Virus record (IMG/VR): IMGVR_UViG_3300032218_003042 | Location: 1 to 24,905 of that record | Strand: one strand, 5' to 3' | Length of the DNA: 24,905 nt | DNA from: a virus | Lineage: Duplodnaviria; Caudoviricetes | In this document: positions 19,719-24,905 of the stretch, in pieces | Layout of the letters: every line of letters begins with the position of its first letter | Numbering within the stretch: position 1 is the first letter of the stretch | Notes under the pieces: model-generated | What the model was told of the DNA's origin: nothing | Database searches by the model: none | Seen by the model: only the letters and a program-made list of their open reading frames with translations | Translations under genes and position numbers: made by a program

Positions 19719-20768
19719 ATGCTTGGAACTTATTACTATCATCAAATTATAAGAAAGACAATCATAGCATTTGGTTCTCTTTTTAATGACATTTATATTC
19801 AACATAAAGATGAAAATGGAAATGAAGTAAGTGAAATAAAAGTTCCTATTGCATATGGACCAATTCAAAAGTTTTTAGCAAGAATTGAACAAAAGCCAGA
19901 TTTAAGGAAAAGAGTTGCCATCACTCTTCCTAGAATGTCTTTTGAAATGAATAGTTTGAGATACGATTCAAGCAGAAAAGTTTCTACAGTACAGACTTTT
20001 AATTCTGCAAATGGAAACACTCCTGTTAAGGTTTATATGCCCGTTCCATATAATATTGGAATGGAATTGAATATTATCACAAAAATAAATGATGATATGC
20101 TTCAAATTGTTGAACAAATTTTGCCATATTTTCAACCACAATTCAATTTAACTATTGACTTGGTGGATTCAATAGGAGAAAAAAGAGACATACCAATAAT
20201 CATAGAAAATATTCAAATGTCTGATAATTATGAAGGTGATTATCAGGAAAGAAGAAATTTAATCTATACTATCAATTTTACAGCAAAAACTTATCTATTC
20301 GGTCGTATTGCAGATAGTACGGAAGGATTGATTAAAAAAGTTCAAGTTGATTATTATACTAGTACTGATAGAGTAAATGCAAGAAGAGAATTAAGATACA
20401 AATCAACACCAAGAGCAATTAAAGATTATAATAATGAACAAACTACTTCACTTGCACAAAATATAAATGATCTTGTGACTGAATTTGTTGTTTCATCTAC
20501 ACTTTCTCTGCAAGAGAATACTTACATAACAATTGGAGAGGAGGAAATGTATATTACTTCTATCTCTGGAAATACCATTAAAGTATTGAGAGGGCAAGAT
20601 AACTCATCTATTTCCCCACATTATGAAGGAGATCCCATTAATGTAATTACTCAAGAGGATAATGAATTAATAAATTATGGGGATGATTTTGGATTCAATG
20701 AAGATATTTTTGATTTTGCAGATGGAAAATTCTATAGTAATACGAAACGTATTGATGTTGAATTATGA
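19719..20768 (+). CDS. gp15: Tail sheath stabiliser/terminator gp15
   Basis: YYYHQIIRKTIIAFGSLFNDI, KVPIAYGP..KFLARI, LPRMSFE and QIVEQILPYFQP motifs. Confidence 0.95.
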   Translation: MLGTYYYHQIIRKTIIAFGSLFNDIYIQHKDENGNEVSEIKVPIAYGPIQKFLARIEQKPDLRKRVAITLPRMSFEMNSLRYDSSRKVSTVQTFNSANGNTPVKVYMPVPYNIGMELNIITKINDDMLQIVEQILPYFQPQFNLTIDLVDSIGEKRDIPIIIENIQMSDNYEGDYQERRNLIYTINFTAKTYLFGRIADSTEGLIKKVQVDYYTSTDRVNARRELRYKSTPRAIKDYNNEQTTSLAQNINDLVTEFVVSSTLSLQENTYITIGEEEMYITSISGNTIKVLRGQDNSSISPHYEGDPINVITQEDNELINYGDDFGFNEDIFDFADGKFYSNTKRIDVEL

Positions 20769-21187
20769 AAAATGATTTTGATAGTATAAATGAAGCACTT
20801 GACATAGAGTCATCTTCTATATCAAAGGAAGTTCTTCCAAAAATAAAAAAAGAACTATCCAAAATTGAAAGAGGAAATGCTATAGACGTTGATTCGGAAT
20901 ATACTAGAGGTGTTCTTTATGCTTTAGTAGAGAAAGGAAATGAAGCAATTGATAGCATGTTAGAAATAGCACAAAGCACAGAAAAAGCAAGAGATTTTGA
21001 AGTTGCTGGTCAATTAATTAAAAGTGTATCGGAAGTAACTGATAAATTGATTGATTTGCAGCAAAAAATGAAGAAATTAAAAGAAGAAGATGTAAAAGGA
21101 CCAAAAAATGTTACAAATGCTCTTTTTGTAGGATCAACAGCGGAACTGCAAAAACTTTTAAAGCAAGGGTTGATGGACAATAAATAA
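20765..21187 (+). CDS. gp16: Terminase small subunit gp16
   Basis: EYTRGVLYALVEKGNEAI...EVAGQLIKSV.EVTDKLIDLQQKMK and NALFVGSTAELQKLLK; ATGA overlap with gp15. Confidence 0.92.
   Translation: MKNDFDSINEALDIESSSISKEVLPKIKKELSKIERGNAIDVDSEYTRGVLYALVEKGNEAIDSMLEIAQSTEKARDFEVAGQLIKSVSEVTDKLIDLQQKMKKLKEEDVKGPKNVTNALFVGSTAELQKLLKQGLMDNK
21179..21186 (+). promoter_or_regulatory. T4-type late promoter variant (AATAAATA) for the 384-aa ORF
   Basis: Overlaps the last codons of gp16 and lies 15 nt before the ATG at 21202. Confidence 0.65.
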
Positions 21188-21201
21188 TCAAAAAACTTCC
21201 A

Positions 21202-22356
21202 ATGAAGACATTTACTCAATTTATTCTTGAAGCATCTGATAAATGCAATAAAAGTGATGCTGGGGTAAATTGCCCTATTCATGGAAATGGAATGTGCCCA
21301 AAGGTAAAGCCTCACAAAACTCCAGAACAAATTGCGTTAAAACACCGTCTTGATATTTCTTTTATAAAAGATCAACTTAAAATGGGTATTCCCATTGAAC
21401 ATGAACATACTGGCAATAAAATGCTGGCAACTGATATTGCACTTCAGCATTTAGATGAAATTCCAGATTATTATACTCGTCTTAAAAAGATGGAAGCGTC
21501 TGCTAAGAAAGAACACAAAAAATTTAAAGATGTCAAAGAAGAAGCAGTTCAAGAATTAGAGCAAGGATTAAAAAAATTAAATAATACTTCTTATGATTCT
21601 ATTGATAATCTTATGAGAGGTATTATGAAAAAACATAATGTATCAGCAAAAAAACTTCATAATGATTTTGTTGATAAGCACGATAAAACTCCTGATACTT
21701 GGATTAAAGGTATAAAAGAAGAAACTGATGGAATTAAAGCAAAGGATTATAAAGGAAGGTTAGATAAGTGGTTTGATGATGGTGGATGGGTTCAAACTGG
21801 TGGAAAATATGATGGAAAACCTTGCGCCAAACAACCAGGACAAACAACAAAACCTTATTGTAGAGATCCTGATGATCGTGCCACAATGGATAAAGATGAA
21901 AGAAATAGGAGAGCTGCTAAAAAACGTAAAGAAGACCCAAATCCAGACAGAAAAGGTAAGGCAAAAATGGTTTCTACCCATGAATCTGCAGGAGAAAAAG
22001 ATGCTTGCTATTATAAAGTAAAGTCAAGATATAAAGTTTGGCCCAGTGCTTATGCATCTGGAGCATTAGTTAAATGTCGCAAAAAAGGTGCTAAAAATTG
22101 GGGATCAAAATCTAAGGAAAAATTAGAAGAACAATATATTAGAATACAGTCAAGAGGAACAACATATACTATAATTTTAAATTGGAGAGGTAAGAATATA
22201 ATTACCCAAATGTTCTTACCTCAATTTAGAAGACCATCAAAATTACAAATTACTGATGAAATAAGAAAAGTATATCCAAATGCAACTGTATTGAGTTTTT
22301 ATCCATCAATGAGGGATCCAACTCAACCTTTACTATTTTCGGGAGAAAAACAATGA
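21202..22356 (+). CDS. Modular hypothetical protein (384 aa), candidate internal head (cargo) protein with a DUF5661-like domain
   Basis: N-terminal MKTFTQFILE, a Cys/His cluster, a MGIPIEHEHT...IALQHLDEIPDYYTRL segment resembling DUF5661, and further basic modules separated by Glu linkers. The ORF is clearly real; its function is inferred. Confidence 0.75.
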   Translation: MKTFTQFILEASDKCNKSDAGVNCPIHGNGMCPKVKPHKTPEQIALKHRLDISFIKDQLKMGIPIEHEHTGNKMLATDIALQHLDEIPDYYTRLKKMEASAKKEHKKFKDVKEEAVQELEQGLKKLNNTSYDSIDNLMRGIMKKHNVSAKKLHNDFVDKHDKTPDTWIKGIKEETDGIKAKDYKGRLDKWFDDGGWVQTGGKYDGKPCAKQPGQTTKPYCRDPDDRATMDKDERNRRAAKKRKEDPNPDRKGKAKMVSTHESAGEKDACYYKVKSRYKVWPSAYASGALVKCRKKGAKNWGSKSKEKLEEQYIRIQSRGTTYTIILNWRGKNIITQMFLPQFRRPSKLQITDEIRKVYPNATVLSFYPSMRDPTQPLLFSGEKQ

Positions 22357-22538
22357 AACCAGAAATTATTGAACTTGAAAATCTTTCTAAAATTTTTGAA
22401 TATGAAAAAATTTCTAGAGAATTAGATTCTTGCAATGAAATTAATGATATAAGAAATGTGGCAAAATGTTATGTTAAATTATATTTAAAACAACAGGAAA
22501 CGCTAACAAATTTAAGTTTAGAATACATTAAGGATTAA
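22353..22538 (+). CDS. 61-aa helical protein, NblA-like (possible phycobilisome degradation adaptor)
   Basis: ATGA overlap with the upstream ORF. Its size and L..L...FEYEK.SRELD....+.+IR.+AK.+V.+Y..Q pattern fit the two-helix NblA fold as I recall it from picocyanobacterial and phage variants. Confidence 0.5.
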   Translation: MKPEIIELENLSKIFEYEKISRELDSCNEINDIRNVAKCYVKLYLKQQETLTNLSLEYIKD

Positions 22539-22544
22539 TACATA

Positions 22545-24191
22545 ATGAGTGATCAGTATCTAGGCAATCCGCTTTTAAAAAAAGCAAATACTCCTATAGA
22601 ATTTACTTCTGAGGAAATTAAAGAATATCTCAAGTGCCAAAAAGATCCTGTATATTTTGCAAAAAAATACATAAGAATTGTTTCTCTTGATGAAGGGCTT
22701 GTCCCTTTTAATATGTACAAATTTCAAGAAAAACTAATTAAGAATTTCCATGAACATAGATTTAATATCTGCAAAATGCCAAGACAGTCTGGCAAATCTA
22801 CCACTGTGGTTTCTTATTTACTTCATTACGCAATATTTAATGATAACGTCAATATTGCGATACTTGCTAATAAAGCATCAACTGCTAGAGATCTTCTTGG
22901 AAGACTTCAACTAGCATACGAAAATCTTCCTAAGTGGATGCAGCAAGGCGTTTTAATCTGGAACAAGGGTTCATTAGAACTTGAGAATGGTTCCAAGATT
23001 ATGGCAGCATCCACATCCGCCTCAGCGGTTCGTGGAGGATCATACAATATTATCTTTTTGGACGAATTTGCGTTCATTCCAAATCACATTGCCGATGATT
23101 TTTTTGCATCTGTTTATCCAACAATTTCTTCTGGTAAAAGCACAAAAGTCATTATTGTTTCTACACCAAAAGGAATGAATCACTTCTATAAGAAGTGGCA
23201 CGATGCAGAAAAAAGAAAAAATGAATATATTCCAACAGATGTTCATTGGTCTGAAGTTCCAGGAAGAGACGAAAACTGGAAAAAACAAACGATTGCTAAT
23301 ACTTCAGAACAACAATTTCAACAGGAGTTTGAATGCGATTTCCTAGGTTCTTCTGGAACTCTTATTTCAAGTTCAAAATTAAAAGCATTAGTTTATGATG
23401 ATCCTATAAAATCAAGTAAAGGTCTTGATGTTTATGAAGAACCAAGAGAAGATAATCATTACATTATGACTGTTGATGTCTCCAGAGGGACAGATAATGA
23501 TTATTCTGCCTTTGTAGTTTTTGACATTACAACATTTCCGTATAGGATTGTAGCAAAGTATAGAAATAATGAGATAAAACCAATGCTATTCCCGAATGTC
23601 ATTTATGATGTAGCCGCAGCATACAATAAAGCGTATGTATTGGTTGAAGTTAATGATATTGGAGAACAGGTATCTACAATTTTACATTTTGATCTAGAAT
23701 ATGATAATTTGTTAATGTGTTCAATGAGAGGAAGAGCAGGACAATTAGTTGGACAAGGATTTTCTGGTAAAAGATCCCAATTAGGAATCAAAATGTCCAA
23801 AACTGTAAAAAAAATTGGTTGCTCAAATTTAAAAACTATTATTGAGGATGATAAATTAATAATTCCAGATTATGATATAATTAGCGAACTTACAACTTTT
23901 ATTCAAAGAAATCATTCTTGGGAAGCAGAAGAAGGTGCAAATGACGATTTGGCAATGTGCCTTGTAATTTTTTCTTGGTTAATTGTTCAAGAATATTTTA
24001 AAGAAATGACGGACAATGATGTCCGAAAAAGAATTTATGAAGAACAAAAAGATCAAATTGAAGCAGATATGGCACCATTTGGATTTATTGTAAATGGTAT
24101 AGATAATGAAAAAAGTTTTGTGGATAAAGATGGAGATAGGTGGTATTTAGATGAGTATGGCGATAAGTCTTATATGTGGGAGTATCGTTAG
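22545..24191 (+). CDS. gp17: Terminase large subunit gp17
   Basis: YLGNPLLK start, Walker A MPRQSGKST, Walker B IIFLDEFAF, coupling motif IVSTPKG, FQQEFEC, and nuclease motifs VDVSRG and NDDLAM. Confidence 0.98.
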   Translation: MSDQYLGNPLLKKANTPIEFTSEEIKEYLKCQKDPVYFAKKYIRIVSLDEGLVPFNMYKFQEKLIKNFHEHRFNICKMPRQSGKSTTVVSYLLHYAIFNDNVNIAILANKASTARDLLGRLQLAYENLPKWMQQGVLIWNKGSLELENGSKIMAASTSASAVRGGSYNIIFLDEFAFIPNHIADDFFASVYPTISSGKSTKVIIVSTPKGMNHFYKKWHDAEKRKNEYIPTDVHWSEVPGRDENWKKQTIANTSEQQFQQEFECDFLGSSGTLISSSKLKALVYDDPIKSSKGLDVYEEPREDNHYIMTVDVSRGTDNDYSAFVVFDITTFPYRIVAKYRNNEIKPMLFPNVIYDVAAAYNKAYVLVEVNDIGEQVSTILHFDLEYDNLLMCSMRGRAGQLVGQGFSGKRSQLGIKMSKTVKKIGCSNLKTIIEDDKLIIPDYDIISELTTFIQRNHSWEAEEGANDDLAMCLVIFSWLIVQEYFKEMTDNDVRKRIYEEQKDQIEADMAPFGFIVNGIDNEKSFVDKDGDRWYLDEYGDKSYMWEYR

Positions 24192-24209
24192 TGAATAGCA
24201 TTTATAATT

Positions 24210-24217
24210 TATAAATA
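24210..24217 (+). promoter_or_regulatory. T4 late promoter, perfect TATAAATA, upstream of gp18
   Basis: Exact gp55 consensus in the gp17-gp18 intergenic region, followed by a GAGGG ribosome-binding site before the ATG at 24258. Confidence 0.88.
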
Positions 24218-24257
24218 CTTTTAGAGAAAATGAACTTCTTCAAGAGGGCAAAAAAAG

Positions 24258-24905
24258 ATGGCGGCAAATTTAGTATCTCCAGGTATAAACATAAGAGAGG
24301 TTGATCTGACAAATGGAGGGATAACTCCCACAACTACTCCAATAGGAGCACTTGTAGGTCCATTTCAAAAAGGTCCAATTGATCTTCCAGTTTTAATCCA
24401 AACTGAAAATGATTTAATAAAAGTTTTTGGAACTCCAGTTTCTACTGACGGACAATCAGAATATTGGTTAAGTGCTTCCAATTACTTATCATATGGCGGA
24501 TCATTAAGAGTTGTAAGATCTAATTGTTCCGCCAGTGGATCTTTAAATAACGCAAATGTTGGTTTTGGAACTGAAGCAGAAGCAGTTCATATCAATTCAT
24601 TAGAAGATTATAACAATCAAGGTTCTATTAATTATTATTATGCAGCAAAAAATCCAGGTTCTTGGGCAAATAATTTAAAAATATGCACAATTGATGCTTT
24701 TGCCGATCAAACAATTGGAATTGGAACTTTTGGCATAGAAGTTGGATATGGAGTAACTGCTGGTATCAATACATCAATTGCTGGTGTTGGAACAGTAACT
24801 AATGAAACTGGTTTCTTAAAGGCAGTTGTTACTGGTATTAATGCTGGTTCAATTGATGTAAAAATTGTTTCAAGATACAGAGAAGAATCTGGAACTTACG
24901 TTAAT
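24258..24905 (+). CDS. gp18: Tail sheath protein gp18 (3'-truncated; absent from the ORF track)
   Basis: Manual translation gives MAANLVSPGINIREVDLT...IGALVGPFQKGP...ENDLIKVFGTP...EYWLSASNYLSYGGSLRVVRS...AAKNPGSWANNLKIC, open to the end of the window. Confidence 0.96.
   Translation, partial: MAANLVSPGINIREVDLTNGGITPTTTPIGALVGPFQKGPIDLPVLIQTENDLIKVFGTPVSTDGQSEYWLSASNYLSYGGSLRVVRSNCSASGSLNNANVGFGTEAEAVHINSLEDYNNQGSINYYYAAKNPGSWANNLKICTIDAFADQTIGIGTFGIEVGYGVTAGINTSIAGVGTVTNETGFLKAVVTGINAGSIDVKIVSRYREESGTYVN

Noticed and set aside
5229-23800. Short minus-strand and alternate-frame ORFs (61-112 aa) in the ORF track
   Set aside because: They lie within or across well-supported plus-strand genes and show no recognisable motifs. 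They are best explained as shadow ORFs.
22545-24191. Intron, intein or homing endonuclease in or beside the terminase
   Set aside because: gp17 is uninterrupted, of normal length and has all motifs. I saw no HNH, GIY-YIG or LAGLIDADG motif in the neighbouring ORFs.
24200-24216. Inverted repeat ATTTATA-att-TATAAAT over the gp18 promoter (possible terminator or divergent promoter)
   Set aside because: The stem is all A/T and only 7 bp, with no GC stem or U-tract, and the reverse box (TATAAATG) is imperfect. Likely chance in AT-rich DNA.
1-24905. CRISPR arrays, tRNAs, DGR-type template/variable repeats or exact nucleotide tandem repeats
   Set aside because: Intergenic gaps are all under about 70 nt, no reverse transcriptase is present, and the repeats I found are diverged protein-level repeats. 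By-eye reading could miss short nucleotide repeats.

Overview
AT-rich, densely packed, all-plus-strand segment of a T4-like myophage, most consistent with a T4-like cyanophage (Kyanoviridae-type gene order). It covers the late virion-morphogenesis module: a 5'-truncated giant baseplate wedge protein (gp7-like), gp8, a 2513-aa DUF4815/VrlC-like structural protein, two small conserved ORFs, neck proteins gp13 and gp14, tail terminator gp15, small terminase gp16, a two-gene insert, large terminase gp17 and the start of tail sheath gp18 (not in the ORF track). Six T4-type late promoter boxes (TAAATA core) precede genes. The most interesting part is the insert between gp16 and gp17. It encodes a 384-aa modular protein that starts with a T4 internal-protein-like capsid-targeting sequence (MKTFTQFILE) and has modules separated by Glu linkers resembling prohead-protease sites, so it is a candidate head-packaged, processed cargo polyprotein. 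It is followed by an overlapping 61-aa NblA-like ORF. The structural proteins also show nested and shared accessory modules. All family assignments come from motif recognition by eye, with no database searches.
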